Shown: piece after piece, positions 19,788 through 28,761 of the stretch
How positions within the stretch are numbered: position 1 is the stretch's first letter
How the letters are laid out: every line of letters starts with the position of its first letter
Origin: an uncultured Oscillospiraceae bacterium
GTDB lineage: Bacteria; Bacillota; Clostridia; Oscillospirales; Acutalibacteraceae
Assembly: GCA_949295415.1 (NCBI GenBank)
Contig: CASFLA010000052.1
Coordinates: forward strand, 25,911-89,910
DNA: 64,000 bases
Reading direction: 5' to 3'
Program-made: the position numbers and the translations under genes
Notes under the pieces: model-generated
The model's input: the letters and a program-made list of their open reading frames with translations, nothing else
The model's database searches: none
What the model was told of the DNA's origin: nothing

Positions 19788-19826
19788 AGTCAGACTTTAC
19801 TTTGTGGTTGTAAATTCTGACTTTTA
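19788..19826 (+). terminator. rho-independent terminator of the PBP gene
   Basis: Stem agtcaga(c)tttac / gtaaa(t)tctgact followed by TTTT. Confidence 0.6.
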
Positions 19827-19876
19827 AGATTTAAAATTATTGATGTAGAAATAGATTCAATGGGGAGCAGGGTAAA

Positions 19877-20752
19877 ATGGTTATTTCTATGTTTAATTTC
19901 TGGTATTTCTTTTGGCTTATATTAGCGGCTGCTACTTTTTTTGGACTATATTTCTTGTTAAAAAACCGCAGCGAGAAAACTCAGAAAATTGTTTTGTTTT
20001 CAATTTTGGCATTTGGCTTTTTGCTTCATTTTCTAAAGGTATTTATTCCGCCTTACAGTGTTGATGAAGCAAGAATGCTGAGAGATAGCTGGTTTGTTAA
20101 TATATGCGCCGCAAATATTGCGCTGTTTCCTTTTATGTTCTTATCTAAAAAGGAATGCTTTAAGGACTATATGTTCTATATCGGCGTTTTAAGCGGCCTG
20201 ATCGCTCTGTTTTATCCTGAGGAGCCGATTGCTAAGGTTAATCAGTTGGCCGAGCAGCTTGATATTGTCCGCTTCTATTTCCACCATTGGATGCTGCTTT
20301 CAGTTCCTCTTTTGATGGTTCTGCTCGGACATCACAAGCTATCCTATAAGCGTGTTTACAGAGCACCGATAGGCTTACTATTGCTGATGCTGTTTATAAT
20401 GCTTAATCAGCTGTTCCAGTCAGAGCTTGGCTTTATTCCGCTAAGAGCAAGAGAGGAATTTTTCTCAATCGGCTATAAAAACACCTCTTACATATGGGGC
20501 CCCGGAGAAAACGATGCAATAGGAAGCTTCTTAGCATTGTTTACGCCAAAGTTTTTCAAAACAGTTTCTGTTGGAGAATTTGTCGGCCAGGAAAAATATT
20601 GGCCTTGGTTCTGGATGATTTGCCCCGTCTTTGTGCTTGTTACACCGTTGTCCATCCTCTTATGTATGATATTTGATGGGAAGAACTTTATAAACGATGT
20701 AAAGCAGTTTAAAACCCGCATTTTTAAAACTAAAGTATTAGAGCATTCATAA
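19877..20752 (+). CDS. polytopic integral membrane protein of unknown function (possibly YwaF/TIGR02206-like)
   Basis: 291 aa with about 8 hydrophobic segments. Family assignment is tentative. Confidence 0.6.
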   Translation: MVISMFNFWYFFWLILAAATFFGLYFLLKNRSEKTQKIVLFSILAFGFLLHFLKVFIPPYSVDEARMLRDSWFVNICAANIALFPFMFLSKKECFKDYMFYIGVLSGLIALFYPEEPIAKVNQLAEQLDIVRFYFHHWMLLSVPLLMVLLGHHKLSYKRVYRAPIGLLLLMLFIMLNQLFQSELGFIPLRAREEFFSIGYKNTSYIWGPGENDAIGSFLALFTPKFFKTVSVGEFVGQEKYWPWFWMICPVFVLVTPLSILLCMIFDGKNFINDVKQFKTRIFKTKVLEHS

Positions 20753-20754
20753 TA

Positions 20755-20796
20755 AAAAACGCGGTAGTGTTAATAACACTACCGCGTTTTTGTTTT
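20755..20796. terminator. bidirectional terminator between convergent genes
   Basis: A-tract, stem cgcggtagtgtta / taacactaccgcg, then T-tract. Confidence 0.8.
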
Positions 20797-22509
20797 TTAT
20801 TTCATTAAAGAATCGCCTGCAAGCTTTAGCTTTTCGCATATAGCTTCGGATTCTCGCTTTGTTCTGCCTATTGCTGAGATATAAATTTTAATCTTAGGCT
20901 CGGTTCCCGATGGACGAACTATCAGCGAACAACCATTTTCAAGCCTTAGCTCAATAACATCTGATTTGGGCAGCTTGATTTCGGCAGTCTTTCCGGTTAA
21001 AAGGTTAGTTGCAACCGATTTGCTATAATCTTTAACCTCTGTAACATCATAGCCTGCAATCGATTTTGGAGGCTCTTGCTTCAGTCCTGCCATAATTGCT
21101 GCCATAGTGTTCATACCGGCTTGCCCCTCAAAGGTGTAGCTTGATTGCTTGTTTATATAGAAGCCATGTTCTTCTTCGATTTCTTCTAAGCGATCAAAAA
21201 GGGTTTTGCCGTTATTTCTGTAGTAGCAAGCCATTTCGCAAATCAGAAGTGAAGCGGTAACGGCGTCCTTATCTCTGACAAAGGTGCCGAAAAGGTAGCC
21301 GTAGCTTTCCTCAAAGCCGAGAATATAACGCTCAGGGTGGCCGATTTCCTCAAGTCCTGCTATCTGTTCTCCAATAAACTTAAAGCCGGTTAAAACGTTG
21401 CGAAGCTCGCAACCGTATTTTTCGGCAATTGAGCAACAAAGGTCGGTTGTAACAATGGTTTTAACCGCAACGGGAGTTTCGGGTAAGGTGCCGAGCTCTT
21501 TACGGCGGGATAGCGCATAGTCAAGCAGTAATACGCCAACCTGATTTCCGGTCATAAGCTGATACTTACCGTCTTTTAAAACGGCGATACCAACACGGTC
21601 ACAGTCGGGGTCGGTTCCAAGTAAAATATCAGGCCGCAGCTCCTCGGCAAGCTTTAATGCGCACTCAAAAGGCTGGCTAAGCTCGGGGTTGGGATAGGGA
21701 GCAGTAGGGAAGTTGCCATCAGGGCTTTCCTGTTCCTTAACAACGGTAATATTTTTAACCCCTGCCATATCAAGTATCCGTCTGACAGGCTTATTGCCCG
21801 TTCCGTGAATGGGAGTATAGATAACCGAGAAATCGGAATTATCAAAAACGCCCTTTGAAATAGACTGTGAAAGACCGTTATTCAAGAAGGCTTCGATAGT
21901 ATCGTCGCCGATATATTCGATTTTACCCGAGGCTAAGCCTTCCTCATAATCCATAAACTTAATTCCTGAGAAGAAATCGGTTTTCTCGATATAAGAAAAA
22001 ACGAATTTACTTGCTTCAACGTTTAACTGACAACCGTCAGGTCCGTAGGCTTTATATCCGTTATACTTAGCGGGGTTGTGGCTTGCGGTTATAACAACAC
22101 CTGCATCGCATCCTAAATGACGAACTGCAAAAGAAAGCATCGGAGTCGGCATGAGTTCGGGATAAATATATGCTTTAATGCCGTTTGCAGCGAAAACCGC
22201 GGCAGTTGTTTTTGCAAAAAGCTCGGATTTAATGCGGCTGTCATAAGCAATGGCAACCTTGCCGTTCTTGGTAATACTATTTATATAATCTGCAATTCCC
22301 TGAGTTGCTCGGCCAACAGTATAGACGTTCATTCTGTTGGTTCCGGCACCTATAACTCCTCTTAATCCCGCAGTGCCAAATTCAAGCTCGCGGTAGAACA
22401 TATCGGTTATAAGCTCCTCGTTACCTTTGGCCGCGATAAGCTCGGGAATAAGGTCGGGGTCTTGGGTTGCATTTTTAGTCCAAATTTCGTAAAGTTTTTG
22501 CTCGTTCAA
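20797..22509 (-). CDS. phosphoglucomutase/phosphomannomutase family phospho-sugar mutase
   Basis: 570 aa. Active-site TASHNPAKYNGYK and metal loop GTDPDCDR. Confidence 0.9.
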   Translation of the reverse strand: MNEQKLYEIWTKNATQDPDLIPELIAAKGNEELITDMFYRELEFGTAGLRGVIGAGTNRMNVYTVGRATQGIADYINSITKNGKVAIAYDSRIKSELFAKTTAAVFAANGIKAYIYPELMPTPMLSFAVRHLGCDAGVVITASHNPAKYNGYKAYGPDGCQLNVEASKFVFSYIEKTDFFSGIKFMDYEEGLASGKIEYIGDDTIEAFLNNGLSQSISKGVFDNSDFSVIYTPIHGTGNKPVRRILDMAGVKNITVVKEQESPDGNFPTAPYPNPELSQPFECALKLAEELRPDILLGTDPDCDRVGIAVLKDGKYQLMTGNQVGVLLLDYALSRRKELGTLPETPVAVKTIVTTDLCCSIAEKYGCELRNVLTGFKFIGEQIAGLEEIGHPERYILGFEESYGYLFGTFVRDKDAVTASLLICEMACYYRNNGKTLFDRLEEIEEEHGFYINKQSSYTFEGQAGMNTMAAIMAGLKQEPPKSIAGYDVTEVKDYSKSVATNLLTGKTAEIKLPKSDVIELRLENGCSLIVRPSGTEPKIKIYISAIGRTKRESEAICEKLKLAGDSLMK

Positions 22510-22635
22510 GTTTCGTTTCTCCTCTAAAAAAACTTTATTTTAATTTTAATACAAATTTTACTCCATGTCAATAACGCAAAATGTCTTGTAACGGGTCGAA
22601 GGGTGTCGAATTTGACATTTTAAACAAAAACTCGC

Positions 22636-22664
22636 TTGACAACCTAATAAAAATAGTGTAATAT
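22636..22664 (+). promoter_or_regulatory. sigma-A-type promoter (TTGACA-17-TAATAT)
   Basis: TTGACA at 22636-22641 and TAATAT at 22659-22664, upstream of the sigma-factor gene. Confidence 0.5.
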
Positions 22665-22714
22665 CAAAAAAATAGGATAATTATATCAATGTCTGTTTAT
22701 TGAGGTAGATAGTT

Positions 22715-23251
22715 TTGCCGCATATGAAAGATTTGACTGCTTTTGAAAAAAATAATGAGGATTTGAATCCGATATTTGTGCTGGTAAAATTTGCTCCGCT
22801 TGTAAAGCTTCGTGCGTTGCATTTTTCCTCCAATGAAAATGAACTTGAGGACCTTATTCAAGAGGGGAATATTGGCCTTTATAATGCAATCTCAAGGTTT
22901 GATGGTGAGCGTTCCTCGTTTAAAACCTTTGCAACCAGATGTATTGACTCGGCTATTATAGATTATTTGAGAAAGTCGGGCAGAAATTCGGTTATTCCCG
23001 CAGCAATGAAGGTTGATATTGAAGGCATTGATATTGCTGATAAAACTCCCGGCCCTGAATATACTGTTTCCATAAAGGATGAATATTCGGCGCTTGTCAA
23101 AAAGGCTAAGGCAGAGCTTTCAAGCTTTGAATTTTCTGTTTTCTCAAGCCTTTTAAGCGGAGCTTCAAAGTCTCAGATTGCAAAAGAGCAGAAGGTTGAT
23201 ACAAAATCAATCAATAATGCTGTTTTCAGAATCCGAGCAAAATTAAAATGA
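22715..23251 (+). CDS. sigma-70 family RNA polymerase sigma factor (regions 2 and 4 only), no adjacent anti-sigma
   Basis: Region 2 (DLIQEGNIGLYNAISRFD...FKTFATRCIDSAIIDYLRK) and a region 4 HTH (SQIAKEQKVDTKSINNAVFRIRAKLK). TTG start. Confidence 0.75.
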   Translation: MPHMKDLTAFEKNNEDLNPIFVLVKFAPLVKLRALHFSSNENELEDLIQEGNIGLYNAISRFDGERSSFKTFATRCIDSAIIDYLRKSGRNSVIPAAMKVDIEGIDIADKTPGPEYTVSIKDEYSALVKKAKAELSSFEFSVFSSLLSGASKSQIAKEQKVDTKSINNAVFRIRAKLK

Positions 23252-23354
23252 TAATATGCCCTTTGTAGCTTAAAAAAGAAAGAGCGTTGTATTCCAAAGA
23301 TGTCGGTGCAATTCCGTCCGGGGCTAAAATACTCAATTGAGAGAGGTAAAAAAC

Positions 23355-23633
23355 ATGTTCGAAGACAAGACCCTTAAATGCAAAGATTGCGGCGAAGAGT
23401 TCGTGTTCACTGCTGGCGAGCAGGAGTTCTATGAGTCCAAAGGATTTGTAAATGAGCCCCAGCGCTGCAAGAAGTGCCGCGATGCAAGAAAGAATGCCGC
23501 AAGGGCCCCGAGAGAAATGCATGAAGCAGTTTGCGCAAATTGTGGTAAACCCGCAATGGTTCCCTTTGTGCCGCGCGATGACCGTCCGGTATATTGCAGC
23601 GAGTGCTTCGCAAAGATGAAGGAAGAGGCATAA
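23355..23633 (+). CDS. CxxC-x17-CxxC zinc-ribbon domain protein
   Basis: CKDC...CKKC and CANC-x17-CSEC. GAGAGG SD favours the ATG at 23355 over 23337. Confidence 0.75.
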   Translation: MFEDKTLKCKDCGEEFVFTAGEQEFYESKGFVNEPQRCKKCRDARKNAARAPREMHEAVCANCGKPAMVPFVPRDDRPVYCSECFAKMKEEA

Positions 23634-23650
23634 TTTTCTGAATTCTTAAG

Positions 23651-23687
23651 GCCGTTTCAGGTTTTGCCTGAGGCGGCTTTTTCTTTT
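23651..23687 (+). terminator. rho-independent terminator
   Basis: Stem gccgtttcagg / cctgaggcggc followed by TTTTT. Confidence 0.7.
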
Positions 23688-23815
23688 CATTTGTTTTTTA
23701 GAGCTTTTTTACCGATATTTCAATAATATAGTAAATTAATTTAATAATTTATTCATAAACTAAACCTTGAATTAGGTTAAAATGAGTTATAAGAAAATTT
23801 TGGGGGGCGTAAAAA

Positions 23816-24508
23816 TTGGCAAACAAAAAAATTCTGATTGTTGATGATGATACTAATATATGCGAATTGTTAAGATTATATCTTGAAAAGGAAGGCTTCA
23901 GCACCGTTATCGCTAATGACGGAGAAGCGGCTATTGTTAAGTTTAACATAGAGGAGCCTGACCTTATTTTACTTGATATAATGCTGCCAAAATTGGATGG
24001 TTGGCAGGTTAGCAGGACTATAAGGAAAACTTCCGATGTTCCTATAATTATGATAACCGCAAAGGGTGAAACCTTTGATAAAATATTAGGTCTTGATTTA
24101 GGCGCTGATGACTATGTGACAAAGCCTTTTGATTCAAAGGAGGTTGTTGCAAGAGTAAAAGCTGTGCTAAGAAGAGCAGGCGGCGCTGATAACGAGGCGG
24201 AAAAAATTGTTAAATTAGATAAGCTGACAATCAATCTTACTAACTATGAGCTTATTGTTGACGGAAAGCAGATTGACACCCCTCCTAAGGAGTTAGAGCT
24301 TATCTATCATCTTGCAAGCAATCCTAACCGCGTGTATTCGCGCGACCAGTTGCTTGATGAGGTTTGGGGCTTTGAATATTACGGCGACTCCAGAACTGTT
24401 GATGTTCATGTTAAGAGATTAAGAGAAAAATTAGAGGGCGTTTCGGATAAATGGTCTATTAAAACTGTTTGGAGCGTTGGCTATAAATTTGAATTAAAGC
24501 AGAATTAA
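23816..24508 (+). CDS. OmpR-family response regulator
   Basis: Receiver domain (DD...D...K) plus a winged-helix trans_reg_C domain (RTVDVHVKRLREKL). TTG start. Confidence 0.92.
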   Translation: MANKKILIVDDDTNICELLRLYLEKEGFSTVIANDGEAAIVKFNIEEPDLILLDIMLPKLDGWQVSRTIRKTSDVPIIMITAKGETFDKILGLDLGADDYVTKPFDSKEVVARVKAVLRRAGGADNEAEKIVKLDKLTINLTNYELIVDGKQIDTPPKELELIYHLASNPNRVYSRDQLLDEVWGFEYYGDSRTVDVHVKRLREKLEGVSDKWSIKTVWSVGYKFELKQN

Positions 24509-24511
24509 AAA

Positions 24512-25936
24512 ATGAAAAATAGATTATTTTATAAGATTTTTCTTTCCACCGCTATTGCAATGGTGCTCAGTATGGTAATCATACTCGCGCTTTTGAGCGT
24601 TACCGTTTCTAACTATCTTTTTAACGAAAAAAAAGAGCTGCTTATGGATAACTGCTCAACTATTTCTTCGGTAATATCGGGCGAAACCGATAACTCAACC
24701 AATTTTTATATAAGCCTTCACGGTATTACTAATGTTGTGTCGAATGCTGTTTCGGGTGATGCCTATATTTGTGATACTGAGGGCAATGTTTTCTTGTGCA
24801 GCTGCAAGGAATGGAGAGAGTCAAAGGTTTGCTCCCATTCTAATCAGGGTGTACCAAAATTGGTTTTGAAAAATGCTGCAGACGGCGAGTTTTTTGAAAT
24901 AGGCAGATTGGGCAATCATTTTAATAACATACATTATACTGCCGCAACACCTTATTATAATTCTGACGGAAGTATTGCAGGTTATGTTCTTATTTCCTCA
25001 GCGGCATCGCTTCTGAAGGCTATGTGGTTCGAGCTTGCAAACATTTATGCCGTTTGTGCGTTATTGCCGCTTATAATTATGTTCGTTGTTATTTTCCTTA
25101 TAACAAAAAAGCTTGTCCGCCCTATAAACCTGCTTTCAAAAGCAGCAAATAATATGTCTAAAGGTGATTTTTCTACAAGAATTCCCGAAGCAGGAAACGA
25201 TGAAATTGCTGACCTTGCAAAATCGTTTAATGCAATGTCTAATTCGCTTTCTCAGCTTGAGAGTATGCGCAGAAGCTTTGTTGCCAATGTTTCGCATGAA
25301 CTAAGAACACCGATGACTACTATCGGCGGCTTTATAGACGGTATTTTAGACGGAACAATTCCAAAAGATAAGAAAGAATATTATTTATCCATTGTTTCTT
25401 CGGAAATAAAGAGATTATCGCGTCTCGTTCAGTCAATGCTATCCTTAGCAAGACTCGAATCGGGCGAGCAGAAAGCCAATTTCAGCGAGGTCTCAATAGT
25501 TAGTGTTATAGCCGAAGTGCTTTTCTCGCAGGAGCAGAGAATTGAGGCTAAAAGCCTGACTGTTGATGGTCTCCAAGAAGGCGCGGATATAACTGTCTTG
25601 GCAGATAGAGACCTTATTTATCAAGCGGTATTTAACCTTGTTGATAATGCTATTAAGTTCGCTGATGAAAGCGGCAGAATTGATTTTTCTGTTTTAAAAG
25701 ACAGCGAAAATAAGGTTCATTTTAAAATAAAAAATGACGGCGAAAGTATTAACCCGGATGAACTGCAATATGTTTTTGATAGGTTCTATAAGGCCGATAG
25801 GTCACGCTCCGATAATAAGGACGGAACAGGCTTAGGTCTATTTATTGTTAAAAAAATAGTTGATATTCATAAAGCAACTATAACGGTTCACAGTATGCCG
25901 GACTCTTATACTGAATTTGAAATTATCTTCCCGTAA
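24512..25936 (+). CDS. sensor histidine kinase (2 TM, HAMP, HisKA, HATPase_c)
   Basis: H-box FVANVSHELRTP, N-box DNAIKF, G-boxes DGTGLGL. Extracellular loop contains four Cys. Confidence 0.9.
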   Translation: MKNRLFYKIFLSTAIAMVLSMVIILALLSVTVSNYLFNEKKELLMDNCSTISSVISGETDNSTNFYISLHGITNVVSNAVSGDAYICDTEGNVFLCSCKEWRESKVCSHSNQGVPKLVLKNAADGEFFEIGRLGNHFNNIHYTAATPYYNSDGSIAGYVLISSAASLLKAMWFELANIYAVCALLPLIIMFVVIFLITKKLVRPINLLSKAANNMSKGDFSTRIPEAGNDEIADLAKSFNAMSNSLSQLESMRRSFVANVSHELRTPMTTIGGFIDGILDGTIPKDKKEYYLSIVSSEIKRLSRLVQSMLSLARLESGEQKANFSEVSIVSVIAEVLFSQEQRIEAKSLTVDGLQEGADITVLADRDLIYQAVFNLVDNAIKFADESGRIDFSVLKDSENKVHFKIKNDGESINPDELQYVFDRFYKADRSRSDNKDGTGLGLFIVKKIVDIHKATITVHSMPDSYTEFEIIFP

Positions 25937-25942
25937 TGGCGA

Positions 25943-27358
25943 ATGATGAAAGGGTGCAATAATTTGGAAAACGAGAATAAGGATATTTTGAGTAATTCTC
26001 CTAAAACAGAAGAAAACGAAATTGAAAACGAAGTATCCGAACATGTTTCAGAGGAGGCTTCTTTAGAAGAACCGTTAGTTGATAACGCCTCAATAAATGA
26101 GCCTGCCACAGAAGATGTAAATACTAATGAACCTCAAGATCCGACCGTTACTTTTTCAACAGTGCCGGAAGCCGAAAAACAATCGGCTAACGGTATAAAG
26201 GTGTTCTTTTCAATAATTGCTGTTGCAGTGCTGTTGGTTATCGCGGTATCTGCAGGATTTATATTCGGCAAGAATACTGCAGGTGGCACAAAGCTTCCCA
26301 GCTTTAATACAACCAGCTTTAATACAACCAGCCTTAATAATAAGGGCGAAAATGCTCCCGTCTCAGATTACACCAAGATATTTGATTCGGTAAAGGATTC
26401 GGTTGTCAGCATTACTGTTTGGACCGATAAAAAGGGTGCAGTTTCCTCTGCAAGCGGTGTTATTTATACAGAAAACGGATATATAGTTACAAACGACCAT
26501 ATATATTCCGCTGTTTCATCACCTCGTTTCCTTGTAACACTTTCAAACGGCAAGGAGTATGAGGCAGAGTTTGTCGCAGGGGATACAAGGAGCGACCTTG
26601 CAGTTTTAAAAATTGAGGCAACGGGTCTTAAGCCCGCCGTATTTGGCAACTCGGCAGAGATTATTATCGGCGAGCAGGTTGTTGCTGTTGGCTTTCCCTC
26701 AGGCGCCGGAACCTTGCCGATACTGACTAACGGAATTATTTCTTCGAGCGGTATCAGGGTTACAACAACATCCTCTTATTCAACTAAAATGATTCAAACC
26801 AATACTGCCATCAACCCGGGCAGCTCGGGCGGCGCGCTGGTTAATATGTATTCTCAGGTTGTCGGTATAACCTCAGCAAAATTAGCTGGCGAAGAGTATG
26901 ATAGCGTTGGTTATGCAATTCCCTCTGTAACCGTTGTTAAAGTGGTTGATTCGCTTATTAAAAACGGATATGTTGCTGATAGAGGACGACTTGGTATAAC
27001 CTATACCGAGGTTGACTATATCTATTCCAAAGCCGAGGATATGCCGCGAGGCATCTATGTCCAGTCGGTTTCCCAGGATAGCGACTTTGTTGGCAAGCTA
27101 AATAAGGGTGATATTATAACCCATGTTAACGATATCGAGATTACCGATAGTGAAATTCTGCTTGATATTATCGAAACAACAATACCGGGGCAGACGCTTT
27201 CCTTCACTGTCAAGAGGTCAAGCGGTGAGATAGAATCGGTTATAGGCGTTTTAATAGCCGATAAGGGCACCTCCAGCTACACCAGCGGCCTTGGCAATAT
27301 GCCTGAAATAGAAAATCCTTTTGGCAATAAAGATGATGACAGTTATTCCGACCACTAA
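25943..27358 (+). CDS. HtrA/DegP-like S1C serine protease with a PDZ domain
   Basis: Catalytic triad contexts TNDHIY, DLAVLK and NPGSSGGAL. C-terminal PDZ. Acidic N-terminal tail plus a TM helix. Confidence 0.87.
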   Translation: MMKGCNNLENENKDILSNSPKTEENEIENEVSEHVSEEASLEEPLVDNASINEPATEDVNTNEPQDPTVTFSTVPEAEKQSANGIKVFFSIIAVAVLLVIAVSAGFIFGKNTAGGTKLPSFNTTSFNTTSLNNKGENAPVSDYTKIFDSVKDSVVSITVWTDKKGAVSSASGVIYTENGYIVTNDHIYSAVSSPRFLVTLSNGKEYEAEFVAGDTRSDLAVLKIEATGLKPAVFGNSAEIIIGEQVVAVGFPSGAGTLPILTNGIISSSGIRVTTTSSYSTKMIQTNTAINPGSSGGALVNMYSQVVGITSAKLAGEEYDSVGYAIPSVTVVKVVDSLIKNGYVADRGRLGITYTEVDYIYSKAEDMPRGIYVQSVSQDSDFVGKLNKGDIITHVNDIEITDSEILLDIIETTIPGQTLSFTVKRSSGEIESVIGVLIADKGTSSYTSGLGNMPEIENPFGNKDDDSYSDH

Positions 27359-27365
27359 GTTGAAT

Positions 27366-27400
27366 AAAACACCGTTCTGAAATTTCAGAACGGTGTTTTT
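27366..27400 (+). terminator. rho-independent terminator
   Basis: Stem aaaacaccgttctgaaa / tttcagaacggtgtttt followed by a T-tail. Confidence 0.85.
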
Positions 27401-27442
27401 AATTTTATACATATAAAATTTTATTTTTTAAATGCTTTTAAA

Positions 27443-27472
27443 GTATTATAAATAATCCTTTCGGCAATAATG
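27443..27472 (+). promoter_or_regulatory. putative forespore (sigma-F/sigma-G type) promoter of sigG
   Basis: GTATT-15 nt-GGCAATAATG resembles the recalled consensus GYATA-15-GGnnAnAHTR, about 28 nt upstream of the proposed sigG start. Confidence 0.4.
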
Positions 27473-27499
27473 GTATTAACAAATTCCGGAGGGATTTTT

Positions 27500-28267
27500 T
27501 TGTATTACAATAAAGTTGAAATTTGCGGAGTCAACACAAGTAAATTGCCTGTTTTAAAAGAAAGCGAAAACGAAAAATTATTATTGCGCGTAAAGCAGGG
27601 AGAAGCTGCCGCAAGGGAAGAACTTATCAGAGGAAATTTAAGGCTGGTTCTAAGTGTTATTCAAAGGTTTACCAACCGCAAGGAAAATATGGACGACCTT
27701 TTTCAAATCGGGTGTATTGGGCTTATAAAGGCCATTGACAACTTTGATACATCGCATATGGTCAGATTTTCAACCTATGCAGTTCCAATGATTATAGGCG
27801 AAATAAGGCGCTATTTGCGTGATAATAGCTCAATGCGAATAAGTCGCTCTATAAAGGATGTTGCATACAAGGCGATGCAGGCAAAGGAAGCGCTTATTGA
27901 AAAAAATCAAAACGAACCCTCAGTTGAGGAAATCGCAGAGGTTTTAGAGCTGCCCGTTTCGGATATCGTAATAGCCTTGGAAAGCATTGTCGAGCCGATT
28001 TCGATTTTTGAATCGGTCTATTCTGATAACGGCGATTCAATCTATGTATTAGACCAGCTAGGCGATGGCAATGATGACGGCGACTGGATATCTGAAATTG
28101 CCTTTAAAGATGCAATTTTTTCCCTCTCTGAGCGCGAAAAACGGATATTGGCATTAAGGTTTTTAGAGGGGAAAACGCAAATGGAGGTTTCTGAAGAAAT
28201 CGGAATTTCGCAGGCTCAGGTATCGAGAATTGAAAAAGGCGTTCTCGATAAAATCAAAAACGAATGA
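27500..28267 (+). CDS. sigG: sporulation sigma factor SigG
   Basis: Near-colinear with B. subtilis SigG from memory (VEICGVNTSKLPVLK, GNLRLVLSVIQRF, FSTYAVPMIIGEIRRYLRDN, ISQAQVSR). GGAGGG SD favours the TTG at 27500 over the track ATG at 27470. Confidence 0.85.
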   Translation: MYYNKVEICGVNTSKLPVLKESENEKLLLRVKQGEAAAREELIRGNLRLVLSVIQRFTNRKENMDDLFQIGCIGLIKAIDNFDTSHMVRFSTYAVPMIIGEIRRYLRDNSSMRISRSIKDVAYKAMQAKEALIEKNQNEPSVEEIAEVLELPVSDIVIALESIVEPISIFESVYSDNGDSIYVLDQLGDGNDDGDWISEIAFKDAIFSLSEREKRILALRFLEGKTQMEVSEEIGISQAQVSRIEKGVLDKIKNE

Positions 28268-28305
28268 ATTTTTAATTTTTCGCATAAATATATGCGGGTG
28301 ATTTT

Positions 28306-28605
28306 ATGAATTTAGGGATTTATGATATGCGCGAAAAACAGGTTGTCTGTATTAAGGATGGGACTATTTTAGGCTATTTATCTGATGTTGAGATGGATAC
28401 CGAAACGGGCCGCCTTGTTTCAATCATAATATTCGGCAAAAGAATGCTCGGAATATTTGGAAGAGAAAATGACCAGCGCATAGCTTGGGAAAATATTAAG
28501 GTTATCGGAGAGGATTCAATTTTAGTTGATTGCGAAGGCTTTTATCAAGTTAAGCCAAAATCGCGCTCAAGATCATTTATTTCTGATCTTTTAAAATTAA
28601 ATTAA
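28306..28605 (+). CDS. YlmC/YmxH-family sporulation protein (PRC barrel)
   Basis: Pattern KQVVCIKDGTILGYLSDVEMDTETGRLVSIII...IAWENIKVIGEDSILVD. Confidence 0.8.
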   Translation: MNLGIYDMREKQVVCIKDGTILGYLSDVEMDTETGRLVSIIIFGKRMLGIFGRENDQRIAWENIKVIGEDSILVDCEGFYQVKPKSRSRSFISDLLKLN

Positions 28606-28761
28606 CACCAATTAAGGTAAATTTTCAAATAATTATCGAACGCCGCTTTTAATTCCGTTATATTTGGGTCAAGAAGGCAGTTTATGAAAATTTTGAAATA
28701 AAACCTATCTTCAAAATGAGGAAAGATAAATTAGGACGGAAATTAAAACGGAGGTTATTTT

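Noticed and set aside
22578-22620. 8-bp inverted repeat aaaatgtc...gacatttt and the direct repeat gtcgaa...gtcgaa between the phosphohexomutase and sigma-factor genes.
   Set aside because: These are short AT-rich motifs in a divergent promoter region. They are plausible operator pieces, but they cannot be tied to any regulator from the sequence alone.
26300-26344. Tandem 15-bp repeat (agctttaatacaacc x2, plus a diverged third unit) inside the HtrA gene.
   Set aside because: It is in frame and encodes SFNTT-SFNTT-SLNNK in the low-complexity linker after the TM helix. This is an ordinary coding microrepeat with no sign of phase variation.
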